DNA of 63,992 nucleotides, filler included, from Catajapyx aquilonaris (taxonomy: Eukaryota): assembly GCA_000934665.2 (NCBI GenBank). It is 3 parts of 3 records of this genome, joined end to end, with 100 filler letters (N's around TTAATTAATTAA, not from the genome) between each part and the next. Parts side by side here need not be neighbours in the genome. Positions count along the whole stretch, not along the records: positions 21,591 to 43,153 come from KZ539460.1; 2 more parts are not named here. One strand, written 5' to 3'. The notes beneath the pieces were generated by a model that searched no databases, was not told where the DNA came from, and saw nothing but the letters and a program-made list of their open reading frames with translations. The translations under genes and the position numbers were made by a program. Shown here piece after piece: positions 24,309-37,020 of the stretch (positions within the stretch are counted from its first letter, which is position 1; each line of letters begins with the position of its first letter).

Positions 24309-24458
24309 TATATTACTGTATATATAGGACATCTGGTGAGTACTAGGAGAAGATGGTCATTTATAACTGAGAAGTTTATAAGAGGAAACAGGTTATTTTC
24401 TCTTAAGAATCATTGCATCATGCGCGTGCTGACCACATACACAGCTCATATAAACTTA

Positions 24459-24468
24459 GTAATGTAAT

Positions 24469-24539
<71 letters not shown>

Positions 24540-24838
24540 CAACAACAACAATAATAACAATAATAATTCATACCCCGTTATCAGCCATCGGCTCTTTAGG
24601 GGGAAGTTTTGTTTTGCCTGGAACTCTTTGCTTTCATTTTACTGCGCTCTTTGGGATAGGATAGGGACGGAAGGAAGCGGCTGTGGCATATTAATTACGG
24701 AAGCAACTCCGGAATTTTCCTGGAAGGACCGTGGGAAACCACAGAAAACCACGGTCAGAGTTGCCGGCCCCGGGATTTGATCCCAGGACCTCCCGATTAG
24801 CAGTCGGACACCATATCCCCTCCTCCAAACTGCTTCGT
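24459..24838 (-). mobile_element. tRNA-derived SINE (second family)
   Basis: Degenerate tRNA head, core GGTTTTCTGTGGTTTCCC..CTTCCAGG, long (TTA)n tail, 13-bp TSD TCATATAAACTTA (24446-24458, 24839-24851). Confidence 0.85.
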
Positions 24839-26104
24839 TCATATAAACTTACGTTAGTATATATAGCCTAAATATTCTTCGAGGCGTGTCATCAGATAAG
24901 ACGAGAGTGAATCAGGCACGTCATAACTTTGTGAATTATCCCAACATTCTGCTGGAAATGACCAAGGAAAATCCCTGGAAACCTTGGGTATGGCAGCAAG
25001 AACCATGAATCAAACCAGGATGATCCCATAAAAGAGCGATCCACCGCACCCACAGTACTAGTCTGCCTTGATGTGTACGCGCCATTCTTGCCTGACTAGT
25101 AGCCTATCATTTCTCTAGCCACTAATCGAGTATGAGAATAATAATTCAGAGCAGCAGTAGCTGCCGTAGAAGATGAATCTTGCTCTCGGAATGTATGGTG
25201 TTGGCTATATGGTGTCACTGTTGGCTGCCGGACGATAAGAAAGTCCAGGCGAAGGGGAATTTCATTGGGAAGGGGGCCCAGGACGTGACAAATGCCTCCC
25301 TCCGTATCGCAGGATTAATGGAACAACTCGGCCCCACCAAATCTGACGCCTCCCTCTTATTATCCAGAGACACATTAGACATGTTTTAACCAATCTGAAT
25401 CCGGCGTCCCTTTGGAAGCGATATTTCAGCAGCATAATAGAAACATCAGTCAAGCCATTGAATTATGGTGGGGGAGAGAGAGTCGGCTGAGGGGTCCAAG
25501 GATCAGCTCGCAATTGCATAAATTGGAGTTAGGTAAAGGAATCTCCGGGAAGAATTTTTGCCTCCGTTGCCCTCTTCCAGAATATATGGCCCTTCCTCTT
25601 TTTTGGCTTCGTTGCCAACTAATGCCTCCTATGGGTACGGTTATTCTGCCGCTTTTGCGGTTTTTCGGTAAGCGTACACCATGCCAAACTACACCAGTCT
25701 ACATGTGAATTTGCAATAAGAATAACCTAATCAATAACACTACTTCTTTGTGTACGCGACATTTGCTTGGAATCATGACCAAACTCTCCCTCTCTGCAAT
25801 ATGTTTGACCAGCTCCATTAGATTACTGCAGCCAGAAAAGAAACAATGAACCTTACGGTCACAGACACAATTCTGTTGATTACTATAATTTATTACCACA
25901 TTGTAGTGGCTAGATCTAATACTCTTTAAATATCTGTAATATTATTGGATATGTCATTACACATCATGAAATGCTTAATAATCATTATCTTCATTTCAAA
26001 TCATTTCTGAGGGCAAGTAATCACATATATTATGTACTACGTATTTTAAGTGTCGTTTGCTTTCCACAGCCTCATTACTCACATAATATTGACGAAGTAA
26101 AATG

Positions 26105-26181
26105 CTGCCGCCAAAACCTAAAACGCAGTAAGTCGCATTGGCGGTAAATGCGTCTTACTGTGTTTTCGGTTCTAGCGGCAG
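26105..26181. repeat. Imperfect 77-bp hairpin
   Basis: CTGCCGC..AAAACGCAGTAAG..CTTACTGTGTTTT..GCGGCAG. Confidence 0.7.
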
Positions 26182-27627
26182 AATGTAAAGTACACCAATG
26201 TCCTTTTTTGGTGTGCAGTCTGTGACACATCCAATATCTCGGTGGTTGCTGCCTTATATTCTCTAAGTGATCTTAGTGTTAATTATTTAAAATAGATTTA
26301 AAATAGATTTTGAATTTTAAATTCTATGTCACGGAAGAACGCCTAGCCTCTTTGCAAGGATATTAATAACCTTTTCTTTGAAGACCAGAAAAATGGTCTC
26401 AGCTACATAAAGTGATGGTCTGAATGACAGGAATTTTCTAATTTTATTTGTTTATTTGCGTATGTCCAGTCATTCTAAAACATTATGTACATTTTTTGAA
26501 GTATTGCACTATCGTGCCCATTGATTCAAGTGCATGAGCTGCAATGATGCGAGAAGATAGTAGCCAGTTAGCAAAAAAACAAAAACAAATACAAAAACAA
26601 AAAGTCTCGGCAACCTTTGCCAAAGCCTGTGGGGTTAATTTTACAGACCTCAGTTTCACTTACCCTAAGTGCGTTACAGAGAGTATATGGCTGGCTGCAC
26701 ACTAAGGGCTACACGAGGTGTGAAAACCACAGCGAATATCAGAACGATAAGCTCCAGGTTCTGGAGAAAAGAGGCCATTGCTGCATATAGTCTACGATGT
26801 GTGCAGGAGAGAAAGTTGGAAGGGGAAACTTTGGCTGTTAAAAGATATCGCCAGGGTTCCATAGCAGCGGAAATATTGCACTTTGGAAAACAGTAGCTAA
26901 CACAGTTTGGCGTGAATGAAATGGAAGCAAGAGAAAGAGAAAAGGAAAGTCCCCTCTTGGCAAAACTTTTGACTGCGTATTTCATATCCCACTGCTGATA
27001 CGTCTCAAATCACACTAAAATCGTGTATTTTTAACACAATAGCACTCGCCGGATATTTTTACGGTTTATAACTTTTACCAACGCGGAATCACGTTAAAAA
27101 TAAATTTCTGATGACTTTTGGGTCATGTCATAGTGAAGAACTTGTTACCCTCATTTATTGTAGGCTACCCTGTAAACGGAATAGACAGTACCGGACATTG
27201 AAGGTGGTTTCCATAGTGGGCTATCTCGAAAAAATTCGAAGTTGAGATTTCGATGCCAGCTCTTGGTCAGAGTAGGGACCTGCAACTGCGTAAATTCAGA
27301 ACACGCCAAAATGATATATTCATGGAGTTACGAGCGTTCAAACTGAACTGTTTGTTCCTTAATGGTATATCTCGGATGACGAGTTTGTTCTAAGAAGAGT
27401 TATCTTGCTGTTCTTTCCATTATGGTTTATATACTGCAATGATCGCACTGCTGGAATATGTGCCAATACCAATACGAACTATCTTACTTTTATAAGCATA
27501 GGATTTGCGTTTTATTAATAAAAACACTGATCTGGATATTCATGAGAAGTGGATCCTTTCCTCAAAAAGTACAGAGTTGCGTAATCCCTCCGACCTCCCC
27601 CCCCCCCTTACCTCTCCTTTCCGTGTA

Positions 27628-27707
27628 TGCGGGGGTTGCTCAACCATTATGGGGACGAATGGGACAAGAATCCCCATCTAGCATATTACAGGGACGTGTG
27701 TCTCCCA

Positions 27708-27776
<69 letters not shown>
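27628..27776 (+). mobile_element. Probable retroposon 3' end with (GAT)n tail
   Basis: Short GC-richer segment followed by a (GAT)n tract at 27708-27776. Confidence 0.45.
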
Positions 27777-27777
<1 letters not shown>

Positions 27778-28880
27778 TGAATAATACTGCTGACTCTAGT
27801 GCCATTACTGACAATAGTAATAATGAGCCTAGTGAGTGTGTGGATGATGGGTCAAACCACTTCATTTGAGCATTTTGTGCTGTTACTTTGGTATCAACAG
27901 TCCAAAAAGAATTGTCCCTCGCGTCGAGCGGGCAGCCACGCGTCAGGATGAAAGCAACCAGTTAACTGGTTGCTTGAAAAATACAAGGCACTATTTTATG
28001 TAGAGAGATGTAAACTATGCAGATGATAATAAATAATACAGTCGTGGAAAGTTGATTTTAAATAGGTTGAAACATGCAGGCTCTTCCATAATGACCTATC
28101 TCGACCTGTGCGTTCCAAAGTGGTTTATATCTGGCAAAACACATTTAATTGCGGGTAGACAATAACTTGAATTTTAAATATGACTTTATCAAAGTGTCAG
28201 AGGTAACTGCATGATGTGACATTAAAAATGGTGCTCGTGTCATATCGGCTTCTGTACGTATTCGTTTTCTTCTCTCCTGAAAAATTACACAACACCTATG
28301 TAACCCAGTTTGGAACACACTCCTCATTTTATAATACCTGATTAATTACGTTATACTGTACATAATTGTTAACAAGCTGTGTTTCGTTATTCCTGAATAA
28401 GGTACAGTCAAGGGTACAGTACGCCAGTGTAAGGGAAGCAAGTAGAATAATTATCTTCCGCTGAAAATTTGTGTCAGTGAAAATGCCCAACTAGGATACA
28501 GGAAGGGAAGGGTACAGCTCTTCCTCTTATGGAAAAAAGTTCCGGATATATTATTTCTGTCCACAGTCTCTTCGTCTTAAATATTAACCTAGCTAGCCGC
28601 AGCCCTAACTTCACTCCCTTTTCCCTGATGTGAGTTTAAGAGCAAGCCAGAGGTTCTTTCAGAAGACCAAATAGGTTGTGGTCCCTGGGTGAAAGGTCGG
28701 AGGTAGAGAGAGGGACGAAAGAGCGTTTGAAGATTCTCTAGTTGATACAGCGGTAGTTCCATGTGCAAGAAGTCTTACTCGCAGCACATGAGAAGTAGTC
28801 CACCTTCCAGGAGAGTGGCATTGCAAACATATCTGATAATGACACAAGTGCACAGTGTTTTGTCTCTGTATAACATATTG

Positions 28881-29112
28881 AAACAAGATTAGCAAATCAC
28901 GTGAGAGTGATTAGAGTAGACATTTTCATGTTGACTGCTATTGTCCCCAACGTCAGGTACGGGACTGTGAGGGGGAAAGGGACGGTCTGAGGAGAATGGG
29001 CGGTGACGGGGAGGGAGCAGCCAGGGGGCTCGAAAAAAGTCTTATAGCACGGCTCTGTCTGTCTGTCTGATACCTGTCGAAAAAGTCAGACATTTACGAC
29101 GTCTTGCCTTTT
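28881..29112 (-). mobile_element. DINE-1/HINE-like element, inverted relative to the 30601 copy
   Basis: Shares TATAAGACTTTTT, GACGTTGGGGACAATAGCAG and CACGTGATTTGC.AATCTTGTTT with 30601-30966. Confidence 0.7.
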
Positions 29113-30600
29113 CATTCTTCTCTCCCAATTTGGGCATTTTTATGTTTCATATGCAGAGTTTCCAAGGCAAGAGAGATCGTTATTTATTGATTTATCCTGG
29201 TATGAAGACTGTTTATCGAGCCACAGATTTTCAAAACTATACAAGACCTTCTGGTTGCATAATAGTGAATCACACATTACCATTTAGTAGTTCCTTACAT
29301 CAGTGATGAGGAGGGAGGGAGGGAAGCTATATGGTAGAGGCGAGGAGCTTTCATTACGCTTCCGAATTGCCAATAATGATTGTAAAAGAGATGGTTGTCT
29401 TCGTGCGACTGAGTAATAAGAAGCTTATTGACCGCAGATTGGCGGCTGGGCAGATATCTAGAACCCAGTAAACGGCTCGTTTCCCCCGCAGCAGACATTT
29501 TGCGCCGACGACGTGCCGTTTACCTGTGGTCAATCAATCCGGATGCTTGTTCTGCATTTTTTCACATTAGGCTATTTACTTAAGCCGCAGCAGCGTTATA
29601 TACGGTAACTCCACTCCAATCCCAATCTCAATATCATTACACGAGTGCAGTCCAAGTTAATAGGAGGGTGGCGGTGATTTTGCAGAGAGCCCTGGTTGCG
29701 CTCATCACCCGACAGACCTCTGGAGTTCATTATACGTGACAAGTTCCGCGATGGACTTCTTTAGAGCCAGATTAGCGCTGGAAGATAGCCCTTCCTTGGT
29801 AAAGGCTGCTAAACCACAGGAGAGGTGGGTAGTAGGGAAGGTAGCGGGGGGTAGGGGGGGGGGGGAGAACTTCATTACGCGCCTGGGAAATCCTCGGGCT
29901 CAGCTCCATGTGCCGACGGGCTGGAGGTAATAGGAGTTATGGCTCTATCGGCACACTGATGATATCCCCCCTCGCAGCATCACGCAGGTAGAAATCCCGG
30001 TCTTGGACACTATTTCATAGACTATAAGCCTACCCTTTATATTGGAACCGCCTAACATAGGGTGTACACCCGTTAGTTGGTTACTGCTAAAAGCGAGCTA
30101 AAAGGTATACGTTTTGGGAGTAACCAACTAACGGGTGTAGGAGTGACGGTTGTGATTCCATCATTTCGTTTGCGCCTTTGTTGCCATCTCGATTCAGAAG
30201 ACAGAGAAGTGTACCTCAAAATAATGAACCCGTAACATCTTGCCAACTTTGGTAACAAAAAGGCTCGAATCGGAGCACTCTAGTACCTGACAAAGGGCGC
30301 TAGGTTAAATGTGAGCAAAGCACTGGAAGAAAATGGAAGTGATCGGTAGATTCTAGGGCTAATCAATTAATGGATTTACCGATCGTTTTTTTTGGCACAC
30401 TCGTGGAATTTATAGGCCCGAATTAGGATAAGGGGGATTAAGCCTGTTGTATGAAAGCAAATGAAGGAAAATATTTGATTATTACTATACAAGTACAATA
30501 TATAATCGACATAATCGGACATTTTCCGTTTCATTCGCATTTATGCAACATATACCTTGAATTGCAGGGAATTTCGTGCTTAGGCCATTGAAAGTGACCC

Positions 30601-30966
30601 TTTTAGACTTTTTTCTTCGAAAAAAGTCTTATAGAACGGCTCTTTCTGCCTGTCTGCCTGTCTGTCTGTGGACAGGTATCAGACAGACAGCCAGAGCCGT
30701 GCTATAAGACTTTTTCGATTTTCGGGTTCCGGGTTCTCTCTATTCGCCCCTTCCCCCTGGCTGCCCCCTCCCCCCACCCCCCCTACCCATGACCGCCCTC
30801 CCATTCTCCCCACACCGTCCCTTTCCCCCTGACCTCCCAGTCTCCCCCCCCCACCGCCCCCTCCCCCAGATCACCCCTCCCAGTCCTGTGATTGACGTTG
30901 GGGACAATAGCAGTAAACATGAAAATGCTACTATAATCACGCTCACGTGATTTGCCAATCTTGTTT
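30601..30966 (+). mobile_element. DINE-1/HINE-like element
   Basis: TTTTAGACTTTTTT..AAAAAAGTCTTATAG, (GTCY)n, 3' hairpin + CTTGTTT. Confidence 0.72.
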
Positions 30967-32262
30967 GATCCATTAGAATAAGGTTCATGGTTCGATATTT
31001 GTTTGTTTCTCCAGCATCCATTAGAACTAATATTATACACTATAGTGTTGATAATTTCGTTCGAAAGTAACTCCTTAATGAAAAGTGAGAGTCGAAAATC
31101 GCCATCAACTACTGATACGTATTTCAGTTGAAACACCTTGCATGCACCAAAACTCGCCCAGTAATGTCTACCGGATATTATTCATATTGAGCTACCATCT
31201 CCCATGTTTTTTCCTTCCCCTCCGCCCATACCACCTGTGATTTATTATAGTAGGGCCTAGATGGCAAATATGGGATCGGGGGCAGCTATCAGATTGTCAT
31301 CGACTGACCTTTTACGTTGACTGACTGGACAGAATGTAGAAAATGTTAGGTGGGACACGAAATGCTACAATGTAAACAGCCTGAGCACTTTCTCCCGAAG
31401 GAGGGTGCCTGGCTGGCATTTCCTGAATACCCTCGCTTCTCTAGCGGTTTCTTGATATTAATCTGTTGCCGGCAATTAATAAGAGTCCCGCTGTGGGCAG
31501 CAACTCCTGAGAGTTGCTAATTAATCAACACTTGATTAAGACGAGGCCTGGTGACGGCGGGGACTTTTCCCCGGGCTTACGCATCGATCACATTTAACGT
31601 CGCTCCCATAATACTTATTCATTGGAGGCCCCCTTCCATCTCCCCTCTACCCCCTCCCCATTCCCCTCTCGCCTGCAACACATGCACTGGTTCTTTTGTA
31701 CGCCCTCGGGGTCTTGTTTCCCTTGTCATTCACACGGCCACCCACTCTTTCAACGCGATCCATTTATTATTTCGTTTTAAACTATATATATTCCCGACTA
31801 CATTGCCAATCCAGCGAGATCGCGGTCATTGCTTCATTTAGAAGGTGATTACGTGCCACTTGCATTTATTTTGCAAATCGATATCGCTTTGTGTTGGTAG
31901 CCTACATATTGACAAGTTTCAGGTGTAAATAATAAAGTCTAGTGTGCAAAAGTGGGTCCCACATGCAGGATCGGAATGGCGTGCCGGTGGATGATGAGTT
32001 AGCGACCGAGGCCCGTGTTCATAATGACTGCTCAAAACGCGGGGTTGTGTAACCCCGGGTCAGGGTTGGGAGTTACTCGACTCGTCGTCGGATACCGGCG
32101 TCTATGAGCTGCGTTACATGAAAAGAGGTGTCGCTGTCGCTTCTATCATCATTCTCAATAATATTTCAGCTAATACTGTCGCGATGTTTGCATGACCTGG
32201 GAGTTGTTGCCCTACCCAATGGGTGCGCCAGCTCTCTGACTCACACCACTTTCCACCTTCCA

Positions 32263-32420
32263 CCGCTAGAGGGTGCTCCACACGCTGCCAGGTGGCGCTC
32301 CTGTACAGTTACTGTTACTGGACTTCCCTCTACCGGCCTCTGCCTCTACCTGTCCTCCATAATAATTCACCTACTACCTAGCCCCCTCCCCACCGCGCAC
32401 CTTCCGCCAGATGGTGCTCC
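32263..32420 (+). promoter_or_regulatory. Cluster of three CTCF-like motifs
   Basis: CCGCTAGAGGGTGC (32263), CTGCCAGGTGGCGC (32285), CCGCCAGATGGTGC (32404), each followed by TCC. Confidence 0.55.
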
Positions 32421-33112
32421 ACCCTCCCGGAGTTTTCGCCTCCGTAATATTCGCCCCCGTCGTGACAATTTCTCCCCCGCTGTATACATCTCAAGGCTTG
32501 TTTACGCCCTCACGGTATGAGCCTCGATCGCGCAACCGACGTTTCTGTCGGCCACACAGATCGTACAGGGAGTTTACGCCATTCCGAGTATAAGCATGTT
32601 GCACATGTGCTACGTCGCACAGCCAGAAGCTTGAATGCGAGGTCCCCGTATAGGTGCGCGCGCTGTCACCACCCACCATCACTCCACCCCTCACCCAGAG
32701 TGCCTCATCCCTGGCCTGAGTTAGGGGGATCGACAGGCGGATGGAAGGAAACCGGTTGGGGGGAGGGGGGAGGGGTGGACCGAGCTCCTGGGTTGTGAGC
32801 TCCTTTGGGTCCGAGCTCCTTCTGGCAATCTGGCTCTTAGTTGCAGCCATCTTAAGGAGGGGGAGGGGGACAGGCTCCACCGGCCTGCCCCCCTCCCCCT
32901 CCTCAAGATTACTGATTGGTTCCGCGCCTCCGACTAGCTCTTGAGGTAGACTTGGAAGAGAGGAAAGGCTCTGATTGGTCAGATCCTGGTCACATGACGT
33001 GATATTAAGGGGAAAGCGGGGTAGCACGACCGCGACGTCGTACGTTTCGAAACCGACCAAACCTCTTTCAAATAGATACGGTCACATATGCCATGGTCGT
33101 TGCGACCTGACC

Positions 33113-33192
33113 TAGGGAACCCCGATTGGCTGGAGTCTGAAAGGCCTCATGTAGAGAGCCTTTCAGACTCCAGCCAATCGGAGTCGACCCTA
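33113..33192. repeat. Hairpin element with a 24-bp perfect stem
   Basis: CCGATTGGCTGGAGTCTGAAAGGC (33122-33145) and GCCTTTCAGACTCCAGCCAATCGG (33158-33181). Confidence 0.85.
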
Positions 33193-34405
33193 ATGGTGCA
33201 GAATTGCCCCACTAGGTAAGGCTCCACCTGTATAGTGGCACTTGACTCTAGCGCCGACCGTGGCCAACCCCCTCAGTGGGGGAGATCAGGTAAGCTCACG
33301 CGAAAAGAGGGCGAGTGACTGGGGGCTGGGCAGGAGTAATCCTCTTAAAACCGAATGATGCGCAGGTAAAGGGTGGCTCAATCAAATGCGGTTTATTGTC
33401 TGCGCAGCTCAGTTGGTGCGAATTTTCACAGGTTACATGCCAGAGATGCTGCTCTGTAACCTGCGCACCTTTCTGAACCGCCTCGAGGGGGCATCATGTA
33501 ACGTTCCTCTATGTCCCTGAGACTCATCCCTGCTGAGGTCGCAAACCATACCTTGCTATCCAGCATTGACCTTCTCCGGTAACTCCCAAACACTTTTTCC
33601 AGCTCGACCAGGGTTGACTTCCCGTCCAACTCTGTGGAGTTGAACTGACATTATGATGGAACAAGGGAATAACTCACGTCAGAATTAAACCCTATATACG
33701 TATCCTGGCTCTCTGCAACCACCAGCACCCTCTTAAGATGAATATCAGTGGAAAGGATCAATTCAGCTGGATGGGTTTGGACGGATTTTTTTTGGCATAT
33801 ACTCTACCTAGGGGAAACGTCATCACAAGTCCTGCCTGACAAAAGAGTACATGGCAACCGGATATGAGGCAGTGGAGTAGTAGCAATGCAACATCATCCA
33901 GACATCAGCATGTTATACAGCAACAACAGCATGCTATAATGTGTTGGAGGTGAAGTTAGAGGTAGGACGGCATCAAAAAGGGCTGCTGCGGGATTTAGGT
34001 AAGGCTCGAGCCAGCACAAGCCGCCACTGCATAATTACACGATCGGCCATCAGCACGCGAGGTGTGTAATACAGGACGTTGCCAAGGCAACTAGTTGCTC
34101 GCTCTTTTTGCAGGAACCGTTCGCTCGCGACTACTGCACAAGTCTTTACACAGTTAAAGCAGCCTACCGGTGTCTTACATTCTTTCTTTGACACAGATAT
34201 AAAAATACGAAACGGCCATATTCTGATAATTATTGCTGCAGTCGAAAGATTGTTAGCCTGTAGCCTACAATATGTTTTCTCATTCGGATTCATTCTACGT
34301 ACAAATCAAGTTTTTTATGTAGCTTGTAGTGCCTCGATTCAGTTGCCCCATTTTATAACACCTGCTATATTCGACCCCCAGTGGGTCGAATATACAGAAG
34401 TTATA

Positions 34406-34834
34406 CAGGGTGTATCAAAACTCTACCATAAGCCATATGCCAATGGCGTAATGGTCAGCAGATGATCATTTACAGTATCGGAATCATAGGCCTGGGCCGC
34501 CGCATGACCGAGATAAATTGACCTCAACCAATAGGTACTGGCAGGTATGCAAACCTTCAGCCGCAATCGCGTCACAGGTGAAGGTCGCAGCTATTTTCTG
34601 GGGGGCTACTGACACACTGCTATTGGGGTAGTCACTGAGGGCTCTTAGAATGCAGTTCCCCCCAGATGCACTGCTATTCTACAATCACGCTTAAGCGCAA
34701 TCGCTACTTCGCAAATGATCAATTATCTACGTGATGTGGCTGCCTAGACGTGATGACCCCTCTACATATAATGATGCTCTGGTGCCCCTTGTGCCATTGG
34801 TACATGGCTTAAGGTAGAGTTTTGATACACCCTG
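34406..34834. mobile_element. Tc1/mariner-type MITE nested in an older inverted repeat (34311-34356 / 34836-34878)
   Basis: TA-CAGGGTGTATCAAAACTCTACC ... GGTAGAGTTTTGATACACCCTG-TA. Confidence 0.85.
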
Positions 34835-36893
34835 TATAATGGGGTATTGAATCGGGGCACAACAAGCTACAAAAAATAACTGCTATCGGGCGATAGCAGT
34901 TATCTAAAAGTGACCCGGATATTTGGAACACCCTGTATTAATATCTTGAATAATCACCAGTTGCATGATCAGCTGTAAACCCAGGACGAATGGTTTATTC
35001 TTATTTTATGTCAATAGGATTCATCCTTTGTTCTGGATTTATTATCGATCACACAAGGGCACGTTCTTGTTGACTAATTTGAAAATGGGGAAAATGACGA
35101 CATGTCGTGTTACGTGTAAATTGTGGCGGATAAGAAAGCTTCGGAAGAAAAGCTTGGCTTGCAAGTGGGTTCTTCTATCGGACGTTATTTTTGGCAAATA
35201 CACACAGCCACTACAAGACAGTCATCATTTCTGCCAGCCAATAGTCAACTCCTATCGTCCAAATGATTACTTTTTGTACTGAAGTCATTTTTGGTGTCTG
35301 AATCCATCCCACCAAGATAATATGCTCTTTTTCATGTAGAAGGGCATATTATCCGGGAGGGTTTTCGTTCAACCACATAATTATGGGGCTCACATGAAAT
35401 TATGAATTTTCTCCTGTGGTTGGTGCAGTTACTGTAGATGCAGTCCGTCGAGTAACCGTTTTACCTGAAACTTAATAGTCACCCTTGGTCACCATAGTAA
35501 TGAAAAGAATTGAACCACTTCAACATGTAAAATGATCGCATGTTACCAAAGCAGCACCGAGCGCAATTGAGTAAAATCAACACTGAGAGGGTAGTCCTCG
35601 GGGCCAATTTGCACTTCTGAAGGTGGACAGGGTACAGTTTCTGGCCCTTTATGACCCTTGCAAACCAGCACGGGGGTATTTGCGCCACACCTCCCACTTC
35701 CCACCATTGAAGGTAGAAAATGTACAGACCTGATACCTATTTATAAGCAATATTCACACCTAATTACTTCACACCTAACCATGCAGAACAATCATTCACA
35801 TTGGAGTGATATAAATATTTGTGAGTTTGAAATAATATTATATGAATAGTACATTATCGCTCATGAGCTGAACTTTTTGACTTGAATATGTCTTTAAATT
35901 CGGAACTGGGGGGCATGCACGAAAAGTCGAGCGCTACAAAAATGGGGGATAATATTTCCACTAATATTTGCAAAACTAAAAGCAACATCCAAGAAATAAA
36001 TATACCTTCGACTAGACAAAGGTTGTCCGTACCTGGCATGACCTGACATGACCTGACTTCGGACTGAGCGCTCAAGGTCAGGGGGCGCGCTTGGGAGGTC
36101 TGCAAAATGACCAAATTCCACGATGCGCAGCGGGCTTCGGGCCGGTGCGGTGTAACTTCGAATTCCGCCGAGTGAGGACTACGATAGTGGTGTCTTTCGA
36201 AAGCTAACGATCATGCTATAATGAATATTGGCCACCAATCATCGTGAACAACGCAACGAGGACTTTGTGAAGAATGAGCTCCAAGTTGGTGAAAAGGCAA
36301 CCTGCGCCCGCTAACAGCGCCACCGCGGAAGAAGTGTTAAGCTGCGCTCGCTAGCAGTGCCAAAGTAGCAAAGTGTCACCCAGATAAATTCATATGAATT
36401 CCTGCTCATTTTGAATCATGTTTCACTTCCTTAGGTGTACTCGTTGGAAAGTTATTCGGAAATAAAAATAGGTACCGACTTCTGATCCACCCTGATTAGT
36501 ACATACGACACGACCCGTATTAATGGAGGTCGACACTGCCGTTCATGCAGATGCGAAAACTATTAACGGTCGACTTTTCGTGCATCACTCGACTGTAAAG
36601 TGTACAGTGGAGTACCAAATTCAAGGAGTGCCACGGAGTACCAAAGAGTAAGGTACAGTACCTAAGCCCTAAGGAGTATCTGGGAGTACCACTGCAGGAG
36701 TACCGAAGTGGTTAACCCCTGTGCCCCCCACTTCCGATTTTAAAGACGTATTCACGTCAAAACTTGTGGATTTTGTCCCTGACACAACCTAATGAATTTT
36801 TTTGTACAAATTTCTCGATGGGTTTCAAATTTATTTATCAGAAAACGGACTTGACAATATTTTGATGCCCATTATTTAAAGAATTTTATTTAA

Positions 36894-37020
36894 CCCTGTA
36901 ATGCCCCTTGGATCATATCTGGCACACCATTTAGTGCAATTTGGCACTTACAGGAAATATAAAAATTGCAAAAATTGCACTAAATTGTGTGCCAGATATG
37001 ACCCAGTGGGCATTACAGGG
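36894..37020. mobile_element. piggyBac-type palindromic MITE
   Basis: TTAA-CCCTGTAATGCCC ... GGGCATTACAGGG-TTAA; arms about 50 bp. Confidence 0.85.
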
